Positions 1 to 7,875 of a DNA stretch of 64,000 bases are shown piece by piece. Under the pieces are notes generated by a model, which searched no databases, was not told where the DNA came from, and saw only the letters and a list, made by a program, of their open reading frames with translations. Source of the stretch: a virus (Duplodnaviria > Caudoviricetes); IMG/VR virus record IMGVR_UViG_3300028591_000174, positions 13,550 to 77,549 of that record. The stretch is one strand, 5' to 3'. Numbering within the stretch: position 1 is the first letter of the stretch; each line of letters begins with the position of its first letter. The position numbers and the translations under genes are program-made.

Positions 1-220
1 TTCCTCCTCATTGAATATGTCTGCAATAGCAGTGTTGATACAGGTCCAGCCATTTTCAATACTGCTGTCTTCGATAAGTCCCCAAGAGATACTGTCGATA
101 GCTTCCTGCAGTTCATTGTCATCAGGCTGTCTTTTGTAAGTTTCTTCAAAAGCCTTTCTTACATCAGCAACAGTCCATTTTATTGTGCATAATACTTCAT
201 CATTATTCATAATTTACTCC

Positions 221-1902
221 TTATATGTTATATCCTTGTGCCTTCTTGATTTTTTTAGTGACACTTCCCCTATCCAGATACGTTTTGTGCATCAATCTAT
301 CGATAACCCAGCCGTTTATATAACCAAGGTCATCTAAGCGTCTTTCAGTGTGTCCACCGTCAATATCATACAAATCAACCTTGTCGTGATTGTCTGCATA
401 ATTAATGATAAGGCTTCGAATCTTATCAAGCGGTGCTTCCATTTCATCAAGTATGGAATTAAGTTGACTAACTAATTCTTGTTTTTCCATTGTGAAACTC
501 CTCTAACCATTCTTTAAATGGTCAATGGTTCAGTTTATCTCCAAAATTCGTGAGCATGATTATCTTTTGCGTAAAATGCTCTCATTTCTACAGAACCTGT
601 ATTCTCATATTCTGAGATACATTCCATCTTCAATTCTTCCGCAGAAATCTTAATTTTATACTGAGGTTTACACAGTTTATTCCACCAAGATTTCAAGCCA
701 TTAAGTTTATCAGTTCTTCTCATTACCACCACCTTGATGCGTCTTTTATAGAATCTGCCGTACTTTCTACAACAGAACCATCTGCATAAATCGTGCGTTC
801 ACACGGATATCTATCATCAATAATGTTGTCAGTATGAGAGATAACTGAAGGACAAGAAGGATGATATGAGTTACGAGTTCTTTCTGCTTCTTTCTTTGCA
901 CAATCTTCACAGTAACCTGTGAAATACGAATACTCGAAGTCATATAATGTGCAGCAATCGCTGAATGTTCCAAAGTATTCACCTTCCCATTTTGTGAGAG
1001 GTTTCTTACAACAGGCACAATGTCCACGATTTATAAAGTTCTGATCTTCAATACGGACAAGCATACGGCTTGGCCACTGTCTTTTCTTAAGGTCTTCCAT
1101 TACTACTCCTTGACTAAATAGTCATAAAGACAGCTTACAAAGTGTTTTATGTCTAATGAATAATCTTTTGCTAAGTTTTTACTCATAAAATCAGCCATAA
1201 ATCCTAATTGCATAAAACCATCATTATTTTTATTTCTAAAGAATCTGTTGTTCAATGCGTGTAACACTATCAGTTGGTCTTTTTCATCCATATTCCAAAA
1301 TTCATCTGCAAGTTCTGTAGGTGTACAATGCACCTCTTCACTAAATGTTCTTATCATTATTTACTCCTCAATGGCACAAGCCAATTTATCAATCATTTCT
1401 TCACACGCTTTCATATCGTTATAAACATCAATCATTTCATACGGTGCTCCGTTCTTTCCGTGTCCTTCACTATCAAGCCACAAAGACGCTTCATAACTTG
1501 GGTCATAACTGTCGTAGTATTCACGCAACTTATCTTCGATTTCTCCAAGAGTTTTATATTCAAGTTCAACATTAAAATCTTGTCCTGCTGGAGAATACTG
1601 ACTAAAGTTAACAAACTTCGCTCCGTCATTGTTTTTATCCCAAGTAACAGTCCACCCAAGTTCTTCGGCAATCTTTTCAATTTTCTTCTTTGTCATACAC
1701 TTACTCCTTAGTAATACTCTTTCCACACTCTCAGATACCTATGAAACTGAAAATCATCCAACACTCTTTTTGCCCTGTTTGGTGAACTGAGGAAGTGGTA
1801 GTCAATCTGTTCGTCTGTCAGTCCCAATGTGTGCAAACAGAATACATCTCGTACTTGTTCTCGCCATTCCTTTTGCCACTCTTGGATTTGTTTTTTATCC
1901 AT
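221..1902 (-). CDS. Cluster of short leftward hypothetical early genes (221-490, 535-732, 723-1100, 1103-1357, 1361-1726, 1708-1902)
   Basis: Tightly packed minus-strand ORFs of 64-125 aa, most preceded by GGAG-type RBS. 723-1100 has CxCC and CxxC Cys motifs. No function recognised. Confidence 0.7.
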
Positions 1903-1963
1903 AAATACTCCTTGCCAATATCTTGGCTATTTCATAATTTAATAACTCTCTCCGATTTACTTT

Positions 1964-3481
1964 TTAATTCGCAAATTCTATATGACCATGCAGTCTTATA
2001 GCAGACTTAATTGCGTCTACATCAACTGTTGTCGATTCTGGTGAGTGCATATCCATAACAGTTCTTGAAACTTTCATAATGTTCGAGATTGCTCTAGGAC
2101 TATATCCAAAGCGAAGTGTTGCATTATCAAGTTCCTTTCTTGCTTCTTCTGTAAGAGGAATATAATCAAGAATTTCCTGCGGACTTAAATCCTGGTTTCT
2201 CATTCCCTGTCGCTTGTACTGTGCTTTCCAAGCGATTGTGATAAGGTTACGAAGTTCTTTGAGAGTGTAATCTTTATCAACTCCTTCACCGTTCACAGCG
2301 TCAAATCTAATAGCAACTCTGTCGAGTAATGGTGCTGAAAACTTCTTCCAATACTGTTCAACACTCTTTGCAGAACAAATACAAATCTTATCTGGATTAC
2401 CATAGTTACCACAAGGACAAAGATTAGTTGCCATAAACAACTGAAAGTTTGCAGGGAAAATAGTAGAGCGTCCGGCTCTTGAAAGTGATATAGTGCCATT
2501 TTCAAGAGGGACTCGTAACATCTGTAAAACAGAACTTCTGAACTCAGCAGCTTCATCAAGAAAGAGAATACCGTTATGAGCAAGGCTTATTTCACCCGGT
2601 CTGCAAGTAGGACCGCCGCCACACATTCCCTCGATACTTGCGGTCTGATGTGGAATGCGGAAAGGACGTCTCTGAATGTATGTTTCGCCAGGTTTATGAA
2701 GACCTGCCAATGACCATACACGAGTTACACTCTGTGCTTCATCAAAAGTAAGACGTGGCATAAGCTGAATAGCGTGCTGAAGAATCATTGTTTTGCCACA
2801 ACCTGGTGCCCCATAAGTCATCAAACTGTGACGTCCGGCCATTGCAACCGCCATTGCATATTTCAAGCCAGAGTGACCTTGAAGTTTGTCAAAATCCTTA
2901 ATGTCATAATCATCAAAGATTGGATTGTCACCTGTAGAAAATCCCTCAGAAAGTTCTTCAAAACTCTTCTCTTTGAAGTAATCTTCGTTATCAAGATTAC
3001 GATAGGCAATCATAGCCTCTTCAAGAGTTTCAACCTCTCTTACTTTCATTCCAACAGGTGTTTCAGAACCTTTAGGAACGATTGCATAGAAGATACCTTC
3101 GGCACGAGCAGTAGTAAGAGCACTATAAGTTCCTTTGACAGGTTGTACACCACCTGCAAGGTTAAGTTCCCCCATAACAATTACATTTGTATTAATCTTC
3201 TTACAGTCTTCGTTATTCGCAACAAGAACACCCATTGCGAGAGGTAAATCAAACCCAGCACCCTCTTTTCTCAAATCAGCCGGGCTAAGACTGATAAGAA
3301 CTCTTTCTGCAGGATAATTAAAACCACTGTTGCGGATAGCAGACTGCATACGTTCACGGCTTTCTTTTACCGCACCATCAGCAAGACCAATAATGTCAGT
3401 TGCCGGAATACCACGTCTTAAATCGACTTCAATGCTTACGAGGCTTCCCTCGTAACCAAATGGATTAAAAGAATAAATCAT
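1964..3481 (-). CDS. comM: YifB/ComM family Mg-chelatase-like AAA+ ATPase (hexameric DNA helicase)
   Basis: N-terminal GYEGSLVSIEVDLRRGIP...GL.D.AVKESRER...SPADLRKEG..FDLP.A, Walker A GAPGCGKT, RPFRIPHQTAS, PGEISLAHNGILFLDE (Walker B), ATNLCPCG and S.PLLDR. SD AGGAG just upstream of 3481. Confidence 0.95.
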   Translation of the reverse strand: MIYSFNPFGYEGSLVSIEVDLRRGIPATDIIGLADGAVKESRERMQSAIRNSGFNYPAERVLISLSPADLRKEGAGFDLPLAMGVLVANNEDCKKINTNVIVMGELNLAGGVQPVKGTYSALTTARAEGIFYAIVPKGSETPVGMKVREVETLEEAMIAYRNLDNEDYFKEKSFEELSEGFSTGDNPIFDDYDIKDFDKLQGHSGLKYAMAVAMAGRHSLMTYGAPGCGKTMILQHAIQLMPRLTFDEAQSVTRVWSLAGLHKPGETYIQRRPFRIPHQTASIEGMCGGGPTCRPGEISLAHNGILFLDEAAEFRSSVLQMLRVPLENGTISLSRAGRSTIFPANFQLFMATNLCPCGNYGNPDKICICSAKSVEQYWKKFSAPLLDRVAIRFDAVNGEGVDKDYTLKELRNLITIAWKAQYKRQGMRNQDLSPQEILDYIPLTEEARKELDNATLRFGYSPRAISNIMKVSRTVMDMHSPESTTVDVDAIKSAIRLHGHIEFAN

Positions 3482-3547
3482 AAATAATCTCCTTCTTGCT
3501 TATACACAAGCTGATAAACTCTCTCTCTGTAAATGCTCACACCGAAT

Positions 3548-4424
3548 GGCAGTATCTTTAATGAATTGATATAATTGCAGCTCTCATCCAGGTCCTTTAC
3601 TAGGATGAGAGCTGCAAATACTTGAAAGAACGGTTCTTGCATTTACACTTCTGCTCAGATACTCACAACTCGTGGCAGTGTCTTTAGTAATTTGATACAA
3701 ATCCTAGTAGCCAGGCTGTTGATAATTTATCCAGCCAGGCTACAGGATTCATTGAATTTGAGTTTCTTGTATCTGTAAATCTGCTATGGAATACTCGAAC
3801 AAACGGCAGTCGCTATAAAGGTTTGATATTAGATTCAGGATCATCTGGATGGATTTCCAGATGATCCTGAATATGGGTTAAATTAAATTGATGTTCCTTG
3901 TATTCCTAAATCTGCTACACACTTAAAGTCAGTTGGTCATCTCTTTAATAATGTGATACATAGAGATGTGGGAGCCGTGAATTCCTTGCACGGTGTAGGC
4001 ATCTCTTGTTCAAATTTGACTTTCAAGTATGTTTAATTTGACTATGCACTTTGTATCTATGGTCATCACTATACAACTTCGATTTGAGAAGCAGGTGCAG
4101 CAGTAATTTCTTACACTGCTGCACCTGCTTACTAATAAAGGCAGATACACAAGTACACTTAATTTGACTTGCACTTAGACATTACGGTCATTTCTTTAAT
4201 TATTTGATATATTCCATCTATTGCTGTCATATCATTTAGATGACAGCAAGCAAGGATGGGCTTTTGAATAAATGTCCTAGTACATTAAATCTGACTTGTA
4301 CACTCAACACTAATAGTCAATTACTTTACAAGGCTTGATTGAAGCCTCCAGGAACCGGCGATGGTTTCACGCCGGTTCCTGGAGGGTCACATGAATGAAG
4401 TGCTTTGTGTACTAACCATTGACT
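3548..4424 (-). ncRNA. Array of seven ~125-131-nt structured units (putative RT template ncRNAs), each with a variable central hairpin
   Basis: Units start at 3548, 3674, 3805, 3935, 4061, 4186, 4315 with motif GG(CAG/TCA)TNNCTWTA-N6-7-YGAT (+ strand; unit 7 slightly divergent). Each has a long central inverted repeat and a closing CTGCT/TGACT 103-107 nt after the unit start. Strand is inferred from the surrounding operon. Confidence 0.85.
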
Positions 4425-4438
4425 TGGTAAAGCGGAAC

Positions 4439-5500
4439 TTAATACTTCAATTCAAACTTTGTCTTTTCAACAGCCATTGTAAGAACTGAGAGTAAGATAT
4501 CCCAACGTCTTTTCTTTGGTTCGTAAGCAATGATTGACTTGAATACATCGTCTACAAACTTAAGTGACTCGTTCATATCCTTACACTTAGGAATAACAAG
4601 TTCGTGAGTGCGGATAATGTTCTGTAAGGTATAGTAAGCACCTGCACCTTTGAAACAGTTCAACCAAGCCTTTGGTTTGAAAGTACAATCCCTATCAAAC
4701 TTCCAAGTTGTAGACTCGATAACTCCGAGAAGTTTTTTGTAAGTAAGGCTTGTGATAATTCTGTGCTTAATGTTCTTTCTTCTTTCTTCATCAGAGCGAT
4801 ACCAATACCACTTATTGAAGTCCATAAGTTCAGAGAAGATTGTCTTCAAGTCTTCAAGAGTGAAGAACTGAAAACGAATGTCATTCGGACACTTCTCTTT
4901 AAGATGACAGAGCAACTTCAGTTCACGCTTTGTCTGATTGTAAACGTACTTTGTATCGTATGTCTTACGAACGGCGTGAGTCCAACCACTTGGGTCTTTA
5001 AGAAGACGGAAGGTCTGTGCACATATAAATCTGCGAAAGAGTTCAGGGTTTTTAATAAAACCACCTTTGCTCAGCTCTTCAATAACAGGGTCATTTTCTG
5101 CAAAGATGTCTTTAAGGTCTGAATTGCTCTGCATAAGTGTCTGTAACTTTGTTACATCAATGCCAGCTTCTTCCAAAGCTTTCAGACGTTCATCTTTTTT
5201 ATTTTCTGTAAGATTGTCATTCCTTACAGTTTCAGGAACGAGATAGTGAATACCTTCGCTTAATTCTGAAACAGGATTACCACTGTTACCGATAACAAAA
5301 TTAGTTTGGCAGTTAGGGCAGCGTACTTCAATTTTATTCATAATGTTAATCTCCTTTGATTTATTTTCTTTTGTATCAACTACTTTAGATTTTTTTAGTT
5401 GTTCATAGCATTTATTGCACACAAAAAGTGGCAACCCATTTGGTGCGCCTCGTGGTTTATCAGCACATGATAATGATTTTCCACAATAGTCACATGTCAT
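4439..5500 (-). CDS. RT-associated hypothetical protein (353 aa) with N-terminal Cys-pair (zinc-finger-like) motifs
   Basis: Long ORF with CDYC, CNKC and CPNC motifs and a GFIKNPELFRRFICAQTFR segment. Its stop codon lies 15 nt from the last array unit. Start could be 5342. Confidence 0.75.
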   Translation of the reverse strand: MTCDYCGKSLSCADKPRGAPNGLPLFVCNKCYEQLKKSKVVDTKENKSKEINIMNKIEVRCPNCQTNFVIGNSGNPVSELSEGIHYLVPETVRNDNLTENKKDERLKALEEAGIDVTKLQTLMQSNSDLKDIFAENDPVIEELSKGGFIKNPELFRRFICAQTFRLLKDPSGWTHAVRKTYDTKYVYNQTKRELKLLCHLKEKCPNDIRFQFFTLEDLKTIFSELMDFNKWYWYRSDEERRKNIKHRIITSLTYKKLLGVIESTTWKFDRDCTFKPKAWLNCFKGAGAYYTLQNIIRTHELVIPKCKDMNESLKFVDDVFKSIIAYEPKKRRWDILLSVLTMAVEKTKFELKY

Positions 5501-5518
5501 TTAATCTCCTTGGTTACC

Positions 5519-5914
5519 TTAGAACCATTTTTTGAAAAGAACCAACTTAGGTTCAATATTTGATTGCCAATACCACTTATCTCCAAAATCCCACTTGTTA
5601 TTGATGATAAGTCCAAGCACATAGATTTCGAGTTTCGCTCTCGCTATGTATCTGTGTTCATTTTCAGCGAGCTGTTTGGTGCTTAAATGACTTTCATCAA
5701 ATGCAAAGAAGTATTTTGAATCTGCTTTGGCACTTGGTACTGAATACTTATAGTTTCTGAACAACTCCAACAACTTTTCTTCAACGTTGTCCGGCAGTTC
5801 AAACTCTATATCCACTAAAAAACCATTCAGTCTAACTTCTCTTTTCTCGAAGCTGATTCTGAACGGCTGACCGTCTTCGACTTTCTCAATGAACTCTGAA
5901 ACTGTCATAAACAC
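5519..5914 (-). CDS. RT-associated hypothetical protein (131 aa)
   Basis: ORF with RBS and motifs FRISFEKR, YKYSVPS and WYWQS..PKLVLFKKW. Resembles, from memory, small proteins encoded beside phage UG27-like RTs (not verified). Confidence 0.7.
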   Translation of the reverse strand: MFMTVSEFIEKVEDGQPFRISFEKREVRLNGFLVDIEFELPDNVEEKLLELFRNYKYSVPSAKADSKYFFAFDESHLSTKQLAENEHRYIARAKLEIYVLGLIINNKWDFGDKWYWQSNIEPKLVLFKKWF

Positions 5915-5917
5915 TCC

Positions 5918-6082
5918 TTATTCTCCAAGCCTATCTTTCATTTGACCAAGAATGACGCTCAAAGTTATACTAAGAGAGTCAGAAGCGTCTTTCATACCGC
6001 TTTTAGAAAGTGTTTCTAAAAGTTTATTTGAGTAATCAATTGCATCTTGATATTCTTCCCAACTTACTTTCTGCTCACTCAT
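5918..6082 (-). CDS. Small hypothetical protein (54 aa, MSEQKVSWEEYQDAIDY...), below the ORF-track cutoff
   Basis: Read manually: ATG at 6082 overlaps the RT stop (ATGA coupling); TAA at 5918-5920 lies next to the RBS of the following gene. Confidence 0.65.
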   Translation of the reverse strand: MSEQKVSWEEYQDAIDYSNKLLETLSKSGMKDASDSLSITLSVILGQMKDRLGE

Positions 6083-7323
6083 AATGACCTCACAAGATTA
6101 TCGAACATATCTCTGTTACCTAATGCTTTCTTTGCAGCATAAAGTGAGAGATAGCCGTCAAGTTCTTTAGGAGTTCTCTGACGGTTTGTAGTTACGTTCT
6201 TACCACGACCACGAGTAACAACTCCATCTTTCTTTTCCAACTCAACACCAAGACCGCCAAGTTCAAATCGTTTAGTCTGGCTTGCCCTTAAACAATCCAT
6301 AACGTAGGTGTTGAGCGTCTGAATGTCCGTTACATTATTGATGTAAGCAAGTACTCCTTTGGCCCAACAGAACTGACCGTTATACAAATAGCGGTTCACT
6401 GAATGTACTGCCCCCTTATAAGAGTTTGCTTTCTTACAACGACTAAAGATTTCTTTCTGAAAGTTCTTTAATCGTTTCTTGGATAATGAAATCTCAGTTC
6501 CACGGATCATAAAGCCCAGGAACTTAAAGAACCTGTCTTTTGTGAGAACTTCAACTTTTTTCGGATTGAGAATGAGTTCCTTTTCGTTTAATCTGCGTTC
6601 AAGTATTTCACGTCCTTTTTTCCATTCGTTACCGATAATGAGAATGTCATCTGAGTATCGAACGTAGTAAACATCAAGCTGCTTAATCTCTTCGTCCATT
6701 TCGTAGAGAACTGCATTTGCAAGGAATGAAGCGACTGCACAGCCCTGTTTAAGTGACTGATACTGGTCAATAACTTCATTTTTTTCATTCAGACATTTAT
6801 TACATCTGTAGTAACGTCTAAGAAGATTGATAACCTTTGATTTACCACAGATGTCTTCAACCTTATCAAACACTTCTTCAATGAACCGTAATGGAACACT
6901 GTCAAAGTACTTTGAAAGGTCTGCCTTAATTCCAATTGTCTGCAACTTGCAATCTGAAATTCTGCTTACAACTTCACGAACAACTTTGCCACAAGATAAG
7001 TCTGTCTGATACGCTTTTGAACGTTCTGAGATAAGACTTCCACAAAACTCGAATAACATATCGTTGATAATTGATAAAATTATTCTGTCCAAATTTTCGT
7101 TGATGTATACAATTCGCATTGTTCCGTCATCTTTAGGAATACTCTGCTGATGCGGCGGAACAATATCGTATTCATCATCACGAATTAAAACGTAAAGTTC
7201 TGAAAGAATCTTTGGGTCACAATAACGTTCTAGTTCGTCATAAGGTATATTCTTTTCAACGGCGATTTGAATGGCCTTTTCCCAACGTTCACGCTTAAAC
7301 ATTTCTTCAAGCAGTTTGTCCAT
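6079..7323 (-). CDS. Stand-alone reverse transcriptase (~414 aa), UG/Abi-type, probably UG27-like
   Basis: RT motifs IPKDDGTMRIVY, KADLSKYFDSV, LKQGCAVASFLAN, YVRYSDDILIIG (YSDD catalytic) and FKFLGF. No maturase or endonuclease domain. AGGAG RBS supports the start at 7323 (MDKLLEEMF) rather than 7383. Confidence 0.92.
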   Translation of the reverse strand: MDKLLEEMFKRERWEKAIQIAVEKNIPYDELERYCDPKILSELYVLIRDDEYDIVPPHQQSIPKDDGTMRIVYINENLDRIILSIINDMLFEFCGSLISERSKAYQTDLSCGKVVREVVSRISDCKLQTIGIKADLSKYFDSVPLRFIEEVFDKVEDICGKSKVINLLRRYYRCNKCLNEKNEVIDQYQSLKQGCAVASFLANAVLYEMDEEIKQLDVYYVRYSDDILIIGNEWKKGREILERRLNEKELILNPKKVEVLTKDRFFKFLGFMIRGTEISLSKKRLKNFQKEIFSRCKKANSYKGAVHSVNRYLYNGQFCWAKGVLAYINNVTDIQTLNTYVMDCLRASQTKRFELGGLGVELEKKDGVVTRGRGKNVTTNRQRTPKELDGYLSLYAAKKALGNRDMFDNLVRSL

Positions 7324-7513
7324 AAGCAATCTCCTTTGCCCAGTTACGAGCAATGTTGTTACATTCTTCAAGTTCACTCTCATTCATATGAGTTCCGTCA
7401 TTTATGAAGACACTGAAGTCCATAAGTTCAGAATTAATAACTGAACAAGAGCAATCCAATTTGACATCTCTGCCATTAGTGAGTTTTGTGTTTAATGTTT
7501 CTTGATATTTCAT
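7307..7513 (-). CDS. Hypothetical protein (68 aa) immediately upstream of the RT
   Basis: ORF overlaps the RT start by 17 nt; GAGG RBS. Confidence 0.6.
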   Translation of the reverse strand: MKYQETLNTKLTNGRDVKLDCSCSVINSELMDFSVFINDGTHMNESELEECNNIARNWAKEIAYGQTA

Positions 7514-7551
7514 ATAAACCTCTGCTGATTACTTCAGCTTTTAATTTTTGA

Positions 7552-7857
7552 TTACGCAGTAACTTCAATGTCAGTTGCGTAAATCATGTTTTTCTGATGA
7601 TTTGAGTTTGTGAAATCTTGCTTGATGTAGCCGGTAATTTTCACCCTATCGCCAGGCTTTGCGTAGACACGACTTATACGACTTTCGTCTGTCATAACAG
7701 TTGTAAACTTGCTTTCAACACGGATTGTTTTATTACTATTACCGATAAAGTGGTCGTGCATTACTGCAATTTTTGTGATAAGAGCGTCCGACAAATTATC
7801 ACGATAGATATTCAGAACCTTTCCAGTTAGTTTTACTTCGTTCATTAGTTCCCCCAA
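7552..7857 (-). CDS. Short OB-fold single-stranded DNA-binding-like protein
   Basis: NEVKLTGKV near the N-terminus and GDRVKITGYIK pattern typical of SSB/PriB OB folds. No acidic C-terminal tail. Confidence 0.6.
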   Translation of the reverse strand: MGELMNEVKLTGKVLNIYRDNLSDALITKIAVMHDHFIGNSNKTIRVESKFTTVMTDESRISRVYAKPGDRVKITGYIKQDFTNSNHQKNMIYATDIEVTA

Positions 7858-7875
7858 AAATAGTTACTCTTTTTA

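Noticed and set aside
3500-3547. Possible eighth, truncated array unit (CTGTAAATGCTCAC resembles unit tails)
   Set aside because: No hairpin or opening motif present; too short to support.
3548-4424. CRISPR array interpretation of the periodic region
   Set aside because: No identical direct repeats; the period (~128 bp) is too long; the variable parts are self-complementary hairpins; no cas genes in the window.
3548-4424. Hairpins as a stack of intrinsic terminators or REP-like repeats
   Set aside because: They lack consistent U-tracts, differ in sequence, and sit at a fixed position within a conserved covarying scaffold.
6079-7323. RT as part of a diversity-generating retroelement
   Set aside because: I found no TR/VR pair differing at adenines and no recognisable Avd. 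The tail-fibre variants are explained by recombinase cassettes with divergence far beyond A-specific mutagenesis.
6079-7323. Group II intron
   Set aside because: No recognisable maturase/endonuclease extension, no interrupted host gene, and both flanks are tightly packed with coupled ORFs, leaving no room for intron RNA domains.
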